The notes under the pieces: model-generated
Told to the model about the DNA's origin: nothing
The model's database searches: none
The model's input: the letters and a program-made list of their open reading frames with translations, nothing else
Assembly (NCBI GenBank): GCA_965243135.1
Contig: OZ251539.1
Coordinates: 3,008,001 to 3,072,000 of the forward strand
Direction: 5' to 3'
Source of the DNA: Alphaproteobacteria bacterium
GTDB taxonomy: Bacteria; Pseudomonadota; Alphaproteobacteria; MPNO01; UBA830
Length of the DNA stretch: 64,000 bases
Position numbers and translations under genes: made by a program
Shown: piece after piece, positions 45,257-55,813 of the stretch
Layout of the letters: the number at the start of each line of letters is the position of its first letter
Numbering within the stretch: position 1 is the first letter of the stretch

Positions 45257-46368
45257 CACTGGGCCTCCCGCTTCCGCAATTCAGGCAGCGGCAGGTACGG
45301 AACGACTCCGCTGCCGCCCTGCCCCTTGTCGATGATGACCTTCTCGGCGTCCTTGAGCACGGTCTGCATGCGCTCGAGGTACAACCGGCGCACGGTCACG
45401 TCCTTGCCGGTCCGGTAGGCTTCGTAGACCGAGATGAACCGCTTCGCTTCGCCCTCCGCCTCCTTGACCAGCTGCTCGCGGTAGGCCGCCGCTTCCTGCA
45501 CGAGGCGTTCGGCTTCGCCCTTGGCCTTGGGCAGGATGTCGTTGCGGTAGGCGTCCGCTTCGTTCTGCTGGCGCTCCCGGTCCTGGCGCGCGCGCTGGAC
45601 GTCGTTGAAGGCGTCGATCACCTTCTGCGGCGGGTCCACCTTCTGAAGCTTGACCTCGGTGATGAACACGCCGGCCTTGTAATCGTCCATGATTCGCTGC
45701 AGCACGTCCTTGGTCCGCGCCTCCACTTCCTGGCGCTTCGTGGCGAGCGCTTCCTCGAGCGGCGTCTGACCGACGATTTCGCGTATGGAGCTTTCCGCGC
45801 CGCGCTTGATGGTCAGTTCGGGGTCGCGGATGTTGAACAGGAAGTCCCGCGGACCGCCGATCCGCCACTGGACCACGAAATCGATGTCGATGATGTTCTG
45901 GTCGCCGGTCAGCATCAGGCTTTCTTCCGAGACGTCGCGGATGCTGTCGGCGCGGGCGGCGGCGCCGAGCGCGCGAAATCCGACATTGAGCTGGTTGGTC
46001 CGCTCCACGTTGGGCCTCTGCACGGAACCGACGGGCCACGGCGCCCAGAAGTTGAGGCCGGGCTCGGTGGTCTTGACGAATCTGCCGAACAGCAGCTCGA
46101 CGCCCTTCTCCCCCGGCTGGACCCGATAGAGGCCGGTGAGCAGCCACACGAGGACGAGCAGCAGGATCAGGATCACGATGCCCTTGGCTCCGCCGAAGCC
46201 GCCGGGCAGGAATCTCTTGACCCGGTCCTGGCCCTTGCGAATCAGGTCCTCGATATCGGGCGCGGCGCCTCCGCCGCCCCCGCCGGGCGGACGGCCGCCG
46301 CCCCACGGGCCCTGACCGCCGCCGCTGTTCCAGGGGCCGCCGCCCCCGCCCTGCTGTTTCCATGGCAT
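45256..46368 (-). CDS. hflK: FtsH modulator HflK
   Basis: MPW-Gly-rich N-terminus, ESLMLTGDQNI, VIDAFNDVQRA, VVPYLPL. Confidence 0.96.
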   Translation of the reverse strand: MPWKQQGGGGGPWNSGGGQGPWGGGRPPGGGGGGAAPDIEDLIRKGQDRVKRFLPGGFGGAKGIVILILLLVLVWLLTGLYRVQPGEKGVELLFGRFVKTTEPGLNFWAPWPVGSVQRPNVERTNQLNVGFRALGAAARADSIRDVSEESLMLTGDQNIIDIDFVVQWRIGGPRDFLFNIRDPELTIKRGAESSIREIVGQTPLEEALATKRQEVEARTKDVLQRIMDDYKAGVFITEVKLQKVDPPQKVIDAFNDVQRARQDRERQQNEADAYRNDILPKAKGEAERLVQEAAAYREQLVKEAEGEAKRFISVYEAYRTGKDVTVRRLYLERMQTVLKDAEKVIIDKGQGGSGVVPYLPLPELRKREAQ

Positions 46369-46499
46369 GACGCGAATCCAATCGGTTTCCATCGGGTTGC
46401 GAGAACCGCACGTTGCGGCTTTCGGCAACAGTCTTATATGATAGCCTGTTCGCGTCCGCAACGCACGGGCGAGATTCCAATCCCGCGGAGAAGTCGAGA

Positions 46500-47576
46500 A
46501 TGGCAACCGAACGGGAAGTGACCGACGCGCTGGCGTCGGTGCGGCTGCCCGGCGCGGCGGGCGATCCGGTTTCCGCGGGGCTGGTCTCCGGGCTGGCGGT
46601 CAAGGACGGTCACGTCCAGTTCGCGATCGAAACCGGCGAGGCCGGCGCCGAGCGGATGGAACCGGTGCGCAGGGCGGCGGAACAGGTCGTGGGGACGTTG
46701 CCGGGCGTGCTCTCGGTGACGGCGGTGCTGACGGCGCACAAGGCGTCCGCGCCGCAGCGGGAAGCCGGCCGGGCGCCCGCCCGCGACCTTCTGCCGCAGG
46801 TCGGCGCCATCGTCGCCGTGGCCTCGGGCAAGGGCGGCGTGGGCAAGTCGACCACGGCGGCCAATCTCGCGATTTCGTTCCGGGCGATGGGCCTGCGGAC
46901 GGCGATGCTCGACGCCGACATCTACGGGCCGTCGCTGCCCACGATGATGGGCGCATCGGGACGCCCGTCCTCCCCCGACGGAAAGACGATCATTCCGATG
47001 GAGGCGCACGGCGTCACCTGCATGTCGATCGGCTTCATGGTCGCGCCCGACGCGCCGACGATCTGGCGGGGTCCGATGGTGATGGGCGCGCTCGAGCAGA
47101 TGATGGGCGACGTGCAATGGGGACCGCAGGACGTCCTCGTGGTCGACATGCCGCCGGGAACCGGCGACGCCCAGCTGACCATGGCGCAGCGCGTTCCGGT
47201 CGCCGGCGCGGTCATCGTGTCGACGCCCCAGGATCTCGCGCTGATCGACGCCCGCAAGGGGCTGAACATGTTCCGCAAGGTGAACGTGCCGGTATTGGGA
47301 ATCGTCGAGAACATGAGCTATTTCCTGTGCCCGCATTGCGGCGAGCGCTCGGACGTCTTCGCGCACGGAGGCGCCCGCGCCGCGGCCATGCGGATGGGCG
47401 TCGACTTTCTCGGAGAGATCCCCCTCGACATGGCGATCCGCGAGGGGGGCGACGGCGGCAGGCCCGTCGCGGCGCTCGGCGGCGCGCACGCCGCGGCGTA
47501 CCGCGCGATCGCCGAGGCCGTCTGGCGAAAGGTCGGCGGCGGCGCGCCGGACGCGCCGAAGATCGCCTTCGAATAG
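46500..47576 (+). CDS. mrp: Mrp/ApbC iron-sulfur cluster carrier ATPase
   Basis: ASGKGGVGKST, DADIYGPS, WRGPM, DMPPGTGD, CPHC. Confidence 0.96.
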   Translation: MATEREVTDALASVRLPGAAGDPVSAGLVSGLAVKDGHVQFAIETGEAGAERMEPVRRAAEQVVGTLPGVLSVTAVLTAHKASAPQREAGRAPARDLLPQVGAIVAVASGKGGVGKSTTAANLAISFRAMGLRTAMLDADIYGPSLPTMMGASGRPSSPDGKTIIPMEAHGVTCMSIGFMVAPDAPTIWRGPMVMGALEQMMGDVQWGPQDVLVVDMPPGTGDAQLTMAQRVPVAGAVIVSTPQDLALIDARKGLNMFRKVNVPVLGIVENMSYFLCPHCGERSDVFAHGGARAAAMRMGVDFLGEIPLDMAIREGGDGGRPVAALGGAHAAAYRAIAEAVWRKVGGGAPDAPKIAFE

Positions 47577-47585
47577 GCGGATCTC

Positions 47586-48482
47586 GTGAACGGCGGCGAC
47601 ATTCCCTTCCGCAAGGACATGGCGTTCGAATACGGCGCCGCCCGGGAGGTCGCTCCCGGAATCCGCCGGATCGTCGCCGAGAATCCGAGCTCCTTCACCT
47701 ACGTCGGCACCAACACCTACGTCGTCGGCCGCGGGGAAGTCGCCGTCATCGATCCCGGGCCGGCGCTCGAGCGGCACGTCGAAAACCTGACGAGGGCGCT
47801 GGCGGGAGAGACGGTGACCCATATCGTCGTGACCCACACGCACACCGATCATTCCCCGGCGTCGAACTGGTTGAGGGAAGCGACGGGAGCGCCCGTCGTC
47901 GGCGCGCATCCGCGGCCGCAGGGCGACGGCAGGCCGGTCGAGGCGGCGCAGGAGGACTTCGCGCCCGACATCCCGCTCTCCGACGGCGACTCGGTCGCCG
48001 GGCCGGGCTGGGTTCTCGACGCCATCCACACGCCGGGCCACATGTCGAACCATCACTGTTTCGCGCTGCGCGGCTCCGGGGTTCTTTTTTCGGGCGATCA
48101 CGTCATGGGCTGGAACACGACGATCGTGTCGCCGCCCGACGGCAACATGCGCGAGTACCTTGCGAGCCTGCAGGTCTGCCTCGACCGGGACGACGCGCTG
48201 TACCTGCCGGGACACGGCCCGGGGATTCCCGACCCGCGGCCGTTCGTCCGCGCCTATCTGGGACATCGCCTGATGCGCGAGCGGCAGATCGCGCGATGCC
48301 TGGAACGCGGCCTGGAGACCATCCCCGAAATGGTGAAGGAAATGTACCGTCATCTGCCGGAGGCGATGCACCGCGCGGCCGCGCGGGCGGTCCTGGCGCA
48401 CATGGAGCACATGGTGGAGACCGGTCGCGCCGATTGCGAAGGCCCGGCGACGGCCGAGGCGCGATATCGTCCGGCTCGCTGA
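47586..48482 (+). CDS. Metallo-beta-lactamase fold hydrolase (LACTB2-like)
   Basis: THTHTDH, TPGH, FSGDHVM, PGHG. Confidence 0.92.
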   Translation: MNGGDIPFRKDMAFEYGAAREVAPGIRRIVAENPSSFTYVGTNTYVVGRGEVAVIDPGPALERHVENLTRALAGETVTHIVVTHTHTDHSPASNWLREATGAPVVGAHPRPQGDGRPVEAAQEDFAPDIPLSDGDSVAGPGWVLDAIHTPGHMSNHHCFALRGSGVLFSGDHVMGWNTTIVSPPDGNMREYLASLQVCLDRDDALYLPGHGPGIPDPRPFVRAYLGHRLMRERQIARCLERGLETIPEMVKEMYRHLPEAMHRAAARAVLAHMEHMVETGRADCEGPATAEARYRPAR

Positions 48483-48960
48483 GCGCTTGCGGCGAAGCGC
48501 GCTCGCTCCTCCTCCCGGCTGACGGCAACCTTCGGTCAGCCCGCTCTCGGCCGCCGTCGCGCCGCGCGGTCCTCGCGCGCCTCCGGCACGACTCCGGTCT
48601 CGGCGCCGACGTCGCATGCGGCTGCAACCGATCGCCCGCGCACGGCCCGGGTTTGCCGCGCGGCGCCGGGGCAACCGAATATTCCGTTTTCGTTCGCCTG
48701 CACGACCCTTGCGAACCTGTGTCGACAAGCGGCCGGAGCGGTCCGCGGGGCGCCGAGCGGACGGCAGCCGACAAAATTAACGCAACGCGAACGCCTCCTT
48801 GACGCGAGGGGGCAACAACCCCATGATTCGCGGCGCCCACGGTTTGCACAAGAGGTATGTTCGGCCTGCGAGGCCGGTAGAATGGTCCCTTGTATGACTG
48901 CCAGCACGGCGGCGGCGTCCGGCGGGATCGGTTCGTCAACCAGAGAACGGGACAAAGACA

Positions 48961-49278
48961 ATGCGACCGGACAATGATCTGAAGGTGAATATCGATGCGT
49001 TCGAGGCGCAACGCGAAACTCTGGAGAAGCACTACATGGGCAAACATGCGCTTTTCCACGAGGGGGAGTTCGCTGGAGCCTTCGACACGTTCCACGATGC
49101 GGCGGAGGATGCCTTACGTCGCTTCGGGAACGACACCTTCTTGATTCGTCAGGTCGGTGCGCTGAACGAGATGCCCATCCCGGCTTCGGTGGACTACAGG
49201 CCCGTTCGTCCGGCGGCCGGATGCTGGGCAGGCTCGCTCCATCCCGCCGCTTCAACCGAACGCCCGACCGGAAACTGA
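48961..49278 (+). CDS. Small hypothetical protein (DUF5678-like)
   Basis: LEKHYMGKHALFHEGEFAGAFDT...FLIRQVG pattern; the C-terminal tail may be read-through. Confidence 0.6.
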   Translation: MRPDNDLKVNIDAFEAQRETLEKHYMGKHALFHEGEFAGAFDTFHDAAEDALRRFGNDTFLIRQVGALNEMPIPASVDYRPVRPAAGCWAGSLHPAASTERPTGN

Positions 49279-49477
49279 CCCCGACCTCGAGGTTCCCGGC
49301 GCTCACCGGCCAACCCATACCGCCCTCGCGAAAGAGGTTGCCGATCGCCTGCGTCGCAGCATGGACGACCCGAGAGTGGATCGGGGGGAAGAGGTCGCCT
49401 GACGAAATACGACCTCGCCGAAAGCTCCGAATCCACTGGCAAGAACCGGCCGCAACCGAGGCTGAACGCGGCGCGGC

Positions 49478-50410
49478 TCAAGCCTGAAAACCTGCAAATC
49501 GCCGCTCGAGCAGCTCGCGGTCCGGACGGTCATCAGGTTCGGCGGGAAGTCTGAGTTCCGCTCCCTCCAGTCCCTTCAACGAAACCAACAGGTCGCCGTC
49601 GTTCCGGTCGCGCAGCCTCGGCGAGACATGGATGCGAAAATCCGGATCGACGCCGAGCAGGTTGGCGTCGAAGGCATTGTGATGAAGGGTCGACATGCAG
49701 ATTCCGTTGCGCACTGCCGCCAGCCCTCCCTCGGCGTCCGGCACGATGTGCGCGCCCACCAGCAATTCTCTCACGGGCAGGCCGCTGAAGGCGCATCTCC
49801 AGCCGTATGCAGCTTTCGTCCGCATGCTGAACCATGCCTGATGATTCCTGTTCCGGGTCAAGCGCAGCGAGTAGGTCGCTTCGATTTCGGACGGCAGCGC
49901 AGCGAGCGACGCCGCCACGGAGCTTTCCCCGTGGCGCTCGAAATCCGCGGTCGCCACAAGCACGTACCCGTCCTCCGGCCGAAAACTCTCTATCCATACG
50001 GGAAAAACCGGCTGGTACACGCTCGGCTCCACCCCGGCAAAATATATGAGCGGCGCCTTGCGTTCCCAAGCATTTCGCAAGGCCCGATTGGTAGGGTCGG
50101 CAAGCCCGCCGCGAGCAAGCTCGTAACACAGCAAACCTGCATATTCCTGTCGGCTCTCGTCGCCAAAAACCTGATCCTGATACCACGGTTGCCTTCCCTG
50201 CCTTGGAACGGTCGTCCTGATGCTGAGCGCCGCCTCCAGCTGACGAGGCTTGAAAATCCCCCTGGGCTTGCTGGCGAACCGTATCTTCTGACCGTCGACT
50301 TCGAAGCCGGCATCGATGGCTTCCCAAGAAACCCGGCCGCCCTCCCGGAGGCACAGTCTCTCCATGGCCGCGAATGCGGCTGCTCGAACGCGTTGATCGA
50401 AGTCGCTCAT
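49478..50410 (-). CDS. HNH endonuclease (COG3440-like putative restriction enzyme)
   Basis: AYGWRCAFSG...GAHIVP...NGICMSTLHHNAFD; N-terminal GIFKP domain. Confidence 0.88.
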   Translation of the reverse strand: MSDFDQRVRAAAFAAMERLCLREGGRVSWEAIDAGFEVDGQKIRFASKPRGIFKPRQLEAALSIRTTVPRQGRQPWYQDQVFGDESRQEYAGLLCYELARGGLADPTNRALRNAWERKAPLIYFAGVEPSVYQPVFPVWIESFRPEDGYVLVATADFERHGESSVAASLAALPSEIEATYSLRLTRNRNHQAWFSMRTKAAYGWRCAFSGLPVRELLVGAHIVPDAEGGLAAVRNGICMSTLHHNAFDANLLGVDPDFRIHVSPRLRDRNDGDLLVSLKGLEGAELRLPAEPDDRPDRELLERRFAGFQA

Positions 50411-50805
50411 TTCCAGACATACTCGCACCACAGGCCGGGAATCCGCAAGAACGAATCCGCGCTCGAGCGCCCGGACGGACGATTCGGCGGACCGGAAACG
50501 AACCACGGATCGCCGTCCGCCGCCTTTCGTCAAATAATAGTTGATTCCATGAATCGGTGACGCTACTTTCGGCGTATGCAAGTTGGACTTCACCGTTTCC
50601 ATGCGGACAGTATCGAGTGGTTCCGAGCGGCAGTCGCCGAGGGTGGTCGCACCCGGCGTCAGTTGGCCCACGGGCTGTGCGAGCGCGAGAACTGGCGCAA
50701 TGAGAAGGGCGAACTTTGCCTCGCCTCGGCGCGACGGATCCTGCCGAAGCTCGCCGAGAAACTCGGGATCGCCTTGCCGCCGCCGCAGGAGCGCCTGCCG
50801 CAGAA

Positions 50806-52449
50806 CAGAAATTCCCGCTAACTTGTAGTGGTCGTGCCAAATCAGATGTAAAGGACTTTCTCGGCAGAAGGTACGACCGTCAGGACGAACGTCTAACGTT
50901 CGGCTTAATGACCGAAGCTTTCGTTGGTTATGTTTCCCCCTGAAGAACCTGCTACACACTTCGAAAATTTATTATATCAAGAAGTATCGTAAGGTTCCAG
51001 AATCGGTTTTTTGTATCCGAACGCTATAGCACGATAAAGCGCTTCCCAGCCTGGTAGTGAAAAGTTGAAGAACATAGCTCTCAACTTCTCCCACAGGTAG
51101 ATGGAACGCTCGGCTTTCTTCCGTGCTCTTTGAAACAGATTGCAACATCTCTGCTGAATCTGGTCGATCAGGAAAGCCAGCATCATCAAGTTAGCAAAAA
51201 CATTCGACAGATGCTTGTAACCATGACCGAAGTTGTGTTCGAAGCTGTAACCTTGGTTCTTCAGGGTGTTGAAGGTCTCGTTTTCGATACGCCAACGCGC
51301 ACGCCCGGCACGCATTATCTCCATCAGGTTGTGATCTCCTACTGGCAGGTCTGTAACCCAGGAAAAGCGTTGCTTTTTGCCGTCGGGGCGCTTTTCCCAG
51401 TATTCAACAAAGTTGACTTCAAGGTCGAAATTCGCGTCGTTGAGTGGTGCCTTGTTAAGATATCTGAATTCGTGCATTATACCTTCTTCATCGGAGAATT
51501 CGGCACGTTTCACAGATCGTGACCTGTTCACTAAATCAAACAAAAATTTATGGTCTCCCGGCTTCGCTCCCAGTATGAAGCGAAGGTTCAACTCCTTGAG
51601 ATGCTTGACATGCGGGCCGTTCGAGGCAAGTCCGTCCTCTACCACTATCAATTTCAAAAACGGATGCTCCCGCCGCACATCGCGCAACAATCGTGTCGCC
51701 GCGTTGCGTTCGCAATCGTTTTTCTTCTTTCCATCTTTCTTGGTGATCGGCTCCGGCGCAAGAGGGAAAACTTCCTTTTGTTCCGGATGTACGAGAACTG
51801 CCCCTAGCATCTGATGGTAGTACGTGATTGTTCCGTCCCTGTGGTGCTTTTCACAGCAGCTTTTACAGTGCACCTTGTGAGATGAAAAATATCCCGTTCC
51901 GTCAACGGATAAAAGATAATGCCCGCCTAGACATGTGTAACCTTCCAGACCCTTTCCACGCTGAAGCAACTGGAACATCTTCGTGAAAGCGGGGCGTAAA
52001 CTATGGGGGTCCACGTCGTCCAGACGCTCGCGCAACCTGGTATCGGAAGGCGCTCTCTCTATCCCGTACAACGTCGCAAGATTATTGCGAACCGTTTCAT
52101 CAAAACGTGCGTCGCGATCAAACTTTAAAAGAGATTTGTATTTCAAACCAAATACCGCAATCCCCGACATCAGGCAATCCGAAAGAGCGACGCCTCGACT
52201 CGCCGTCAGATCCTCAATGCCGTCAAAAACCCCCCGGAGCGCCTTCAGCAATCCCGGAGCGCTGAGCGTCTTGCGCATGCTTGGCATTCTAGCCATTTTG
52301 GTACGATCCCGCCTCGCCTTCGAACCATTTTCCAGAGAAAAATTCTCCGCTCGAAGACAAATAGCCCCGAATCGCCTCGAAAAGTCTACGAAAATTTTTT
52401 TTCGGACCCCATATTTTCCAAGGGTTTCAAGCCTTAGCGGGAATTGCTG
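50806..52449 (-). mobile_element. ISNCY-type IS, copy B (appears identical to copy A)
   Basis: Same IRs and 1644-bp length; 9-bp duplication GCCGCAGAA (50797-50805 and 52450-52458). Confidence 0.93.
50977..52296 (-). CDS. DDE transposase of ISNCY copy B
   Basis: Protein identical to 6808-8127. Confidence 0.9.
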   Translation of the reverse strand: MARMPSMRKTLSAPGLLKALRGVFDGIEDLTASRGVALSDCLMSGIAVFGLKYKSLLKFDRDARFDETVRNNLATLYGIERAPSDTRLRERLDDVDPHSLRPAFTKMFQLLQRGKGLEGYTCLGGHYLLSVDGTGYFSSHKVHCKSCCEKHHRDGTITYYHQMLGAVLVHPEQKEVFPLAPEPITKKDGKKKNDCERNAATRLLRDVRREHPFLKLIVVEDGLASNGPHVKHLKELNLRFILGAKPGDHKFLFDLVNRSRSVKRAEFSDEEGIMHEFRYLNKAPLNDANFDLEVNFVEYWEKRPDGKKQRFSWVTDLPVGDHNLMEIMRAGRARWRIENETFNTLKNQGYSFEHNFGHGYKHLSNVFANLMMLAFLIDQIQQRCCNLFQRARKKAERSIYLWEKLRAMFFNFSLPGWEALYRAIAFGYKKPILEPYDTS

Positions 52450-54657
52450 GCCGCAGAAGGCGCCGGCCCGGAATTTTCCGAACCTGTCGCTTCGCTGCAG
52501 TCTGGCGGAGGTCGGAGAAGTCGCGCTGGAACCGGTTTCTGGGAGCGCCGACAAGGAGCGGTGGCGCTCGATGATGGCAACCCATCATCCGCAGCGATGG
52601 ATGCGTCCGCCGGGCGCGCAAAGGTGTTACTGGATCGTGTCGTCCCGTCATGGCCGACTGGGCGGCATCGCTTTCTGCGCCGCCAGTTGGCACCAGAAAG
52701 CGCGCGATGAGTTCGTCGGCTGGTCGGCGGACGCACGGGTCGCCAACCTGCAACGGATGGTCAACAATAACCGGTTTCTGCTGTTGCCGGGGGTGCGCGT
52801 GCGCGGGCTTGCGTCGCACGTTCTCGACCTCGCGGCGACGCGACTGCCCGGCGATTGGGAAGCCGCCTACGGCGTGCGTCCGGCCTACACTTACGTCTCT
52901 CCCGACCATTCCGGCGCTTGCTATCGCGCGGCAGGATGGGAGCGTTGCGGCAGGCCGACGTCGGGGTTGCCGCCAGGCGCCATGGAGAGGGGCGTCGCAC
53001 GGTCGGTCGAAGCCGCTGGCCGCCGACTGGAAAGAGCGGCTGCGCCGGGAACCGGAACGGATGCTCGGCCTCGCCCCGGAGGCACCTCCGTCCGACGATT
53101 GGGCGGAATGGGACGCGGAACGCACCCGGACGGACGCATTCGCGGTGGTACGAATGGGGCGCGCATGGGAGGCACGGCCCGGCGAACCGGTACCGGTGAT
53201 CTTCCCGGACAAGGAAGATCAGAAAGCAGCCTACCGGCTGCTGTCGAATCCGAGGGTGAGCATGGAGCACGTTCTCGAGTCGCACAAGGAATGCATGGTC
53301 GAGCGCTGCCGCAAGGAGCGCGTGGTTCTAGCGGTCCAGGACACGACGATGCTGAATTACAACGGCCTGCAAGCCACCTGGTGCCGCTCGGCGGCGGCGG
53401 GTCGGGAACCAAAGGCATCGCCGCCCACTTCGGACTTGCGACCTCAAGACGCCCGCTCGGGGTCTTCGAGATCGACGCCACCATGCGCGACGACAAGGAC
53501 GAAAGCGAGAGCGTCCGCTGGCCACTTCGACAAGGCGCAGGAAATCGCGCGCGCCTGCCCCGACACGCAGGTCATCACCGTGTGCGACCGGGAAGGGGAT
53601 GGAACTGCTGTCGAGGGCGGTCGCGGCGGGTGCCGGCCTGGTGGTGCGCGCCTGCCGCTCGAAGCGGCGGCGCGTGCTGTGCGAAGATGGCAGCAAAAAA
53701 GGGCTTTGGAACCACATGGCGGAACAGCCGGTGCTGACCCGGAGGTCGCTGAACCTCGCCGCCTGCGGCGGCAAGCGGGCGCGCAAGAAACGCGAGGTGA
53801 CGCTTGACATCCGCGCCGCCCGCGTCCGGCTCGTGCCGCCCGGCGACAGGACCGGCGACGCGCCTCTCTCCATGCTCGCCGTGTCGGTCGCAGGACCGCA
53901 AGGCCTCGACTGGCTGTTGCTCACGACGGAGGGCAAACCCGAGAAAGACGACGCGGTGCGCGTCGTAAAGTGGTACGAACGGCGCTGGACGATCGAAGAA
54001 TACTTCAAGGCCCTCAAGTCCGGCATGGGCATCGAAGACCGGCAGTTCGACGATGCCGACGACCTCCGAAAGTGCCTTGCTTTCGACGCCATTACCGCAT
54101 GCCGGGTCTTCGACTTCCAGCGCATGGCGCGGGACAGGCCGGACGCCCCCGCCGCCGAAGTCGCGGACGAAGATGAAATTGCGGTGCTTTACCTTGCCGA
54201 ACGAGGCATGGTCAAGAGCAGGTCGCCGCCCGAAAACCTCGACGTCCAGACCTTCGTGGTCGACGTGGGACGGCTCGCGGGCTTCATCCCCTCCAAACGC
54301 CAGCCCTTGCCCGGGACCATCTGGCAGGGCTACGGCTACCTCAAGGCCTACGTTCAAATATACAAGGCGCTACGGAACAACGACATGCTCAAGGACTCGA
54401 CAATGGGGGGATGAAAGGTCCGCCGCCTCTCGACGCCGACCGCGTTGCAGGATCCACGATCGCGAACCGAGTCCTGAGAATCGTCGCGCCCCGATTCGAC
54501 AAAACGTTTCCGCACCAATCGCCCGAGCTTCGCTTTGGGCGCCGCGGGTCGGGCGAGCGCCAGCGGCGCGGCCGGCTCATGGACAGAAATTCCTTGGAAC
54601 TCCCTTCCTCATAACGTTAGATTGCCGCCAGCGCATGTATTGCAGGATGTTGGCGTC

Positions 54658-54978
54658 GTGACGATCACCCATCTTGTTCGCGAAGCGCGCAAACGGGCCG
54701 GGCTCACCCAGGCGGAACTGGCCCGGCGCGCAGGCGTCGCTCGATCGACGGTCGGCCGGATCGAGGCAGGAACGCGGATACCTTCCACCGATCTCGCGGA
54801 GCGTCTCGTCCGAGCCGCGGGTTTCGAGATCCGCGCATCGCTCGGAGATCCCGACCCCGAAACCGACTCGCTGTTCGAGCGGACACTGCAACGCACCCCG
54901 GCCGAGCGTCTGGCGGACGTCACCCGGGCGGTCCGCTTTGCGCAGCGCGGGCGACGCGAACTCGCGAAGAATGGGTGA
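54658..54978 (+). CDS. XRE-family HTH protein (putative antitoxin)
   Basis: REARKRAGLTQAELARRAGVARSTVGRIEAG; C-terminal LQRTPAERL. Confidence 0.85.
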   Translation: MTITHLVREARKRAGLTQAELARRAGVARSTVGRIEAGTRIPSTDLAERLVRAAGFEIRASLGDPDPETDSLFERTLQRTPAERLADVTRAVRFAQRGRRELAKNG

Positions 54979-55495
54979 TTTCGACCCGGCCGAAATGCTC
55001 TCGAAATTATCCGGCGCCGGGGTCGATTTCCTGTTGATCGGCGGGATGGCGGCGGTTTTGCACGGCGACGCGGGGGTCACGTTCGACCTGGACATCGTGC
55101 CGGCGCGCGATGCGGAAAATCTGGAGCGGCTCGCAGTCGCGCTTCGCGCCCTCGAGGCGAGGATCCGCGCTCCGGACGCTCCGTCAGGGTTGGCGTTCGA
55201 CTCGTCCCCGGAGTTTTTCCGCGATCTACCGCAGGACGCGATCCTCAACCTCACTACGCCGATCGGAGATCTCGATCTCACGTTCCGGCCAAGCGGCACG
55301 TCGGGCTACGAAGATCTGAAACGGGACGCGATCAGGATCGAGGCGGCGGCCGGCGTGCGCATTCTCGTCGCTTCCCTCGCCGACGTCATACGCTCCAAGG
55401 ACGCCGCCAACAGGGAAAAGGATCGAACCGCTTTGCCGCGGCTACGAAGACTGCAAGAAAAAAATGATCGGATTCGGGGCGAAAATTCTCGCTGA
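54971..55495 (+). CDS. Nucleotidyltransferase-like protein (putative toxin)
   Basis: LIGGMAAVLHG...TFDLDIV; C-terminal SK...REKD; overlaps the HTH gene by 8 nt. Confidence 0.82.
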   Translation: MGDFDPAEMLSKLSGAGVDFLLIGGMAAVLHGDAGVTFDLDIVPARDAENLERLAVALRALEARIRAPDAPSGLAFDSSPEFFRDLPQDAILNLTTPIGDLDLTFRPSGTSGYEDLKRDAIRIEAAAGVRILVASLADVIRSKDAANREKDRTALPRLRRLQEKNDRIRGENSR

Positions 55496-55813
55496 GTTCA
55501 GTCCGGCAACCAGCGAAGCGCCCCTTAATCAGCTGTGAAGCACAACACGGGCGATCGGCAATCTCTGTCGCGAGAACAGTAGGGCTGGCCGGTGAGTCAA
55601 GGTGCCGGGGCGGTGGGGGCGTTCGCTGCGGGAAGGGCGTAGCGACCGGAGGCGAACGCCCCCAAACCGCGGCGAAAAATCCGCATCTTCCCTGATGCGT
55701 GCGTCCGGGCCAACGCCCGGTCTCGGCCTTAAATCCGTACCGAGCGTTGAACAGTTTTCATGCTGGTTCGTGACCGCACGCGCTACGATCCTGAATCCGT
55801 AATTCCCTTCCCG

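Larger units (their letters stand above)
50524..54417 (+). mobile_element. IS4-family element encoding a DUF4338-transposase fusion, eroded and interrupted by ISNCY copy B
   Basis: 9-bp duplication GTCCGCCGC (50515-50523 and 54418-54426); short IR CTTTC(G/A)TC; motifs VNNNRFLLLP, VLAVQDTT, VCDREGD, YERRWTIEEYFKALKSG. Confidence 0.88.
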
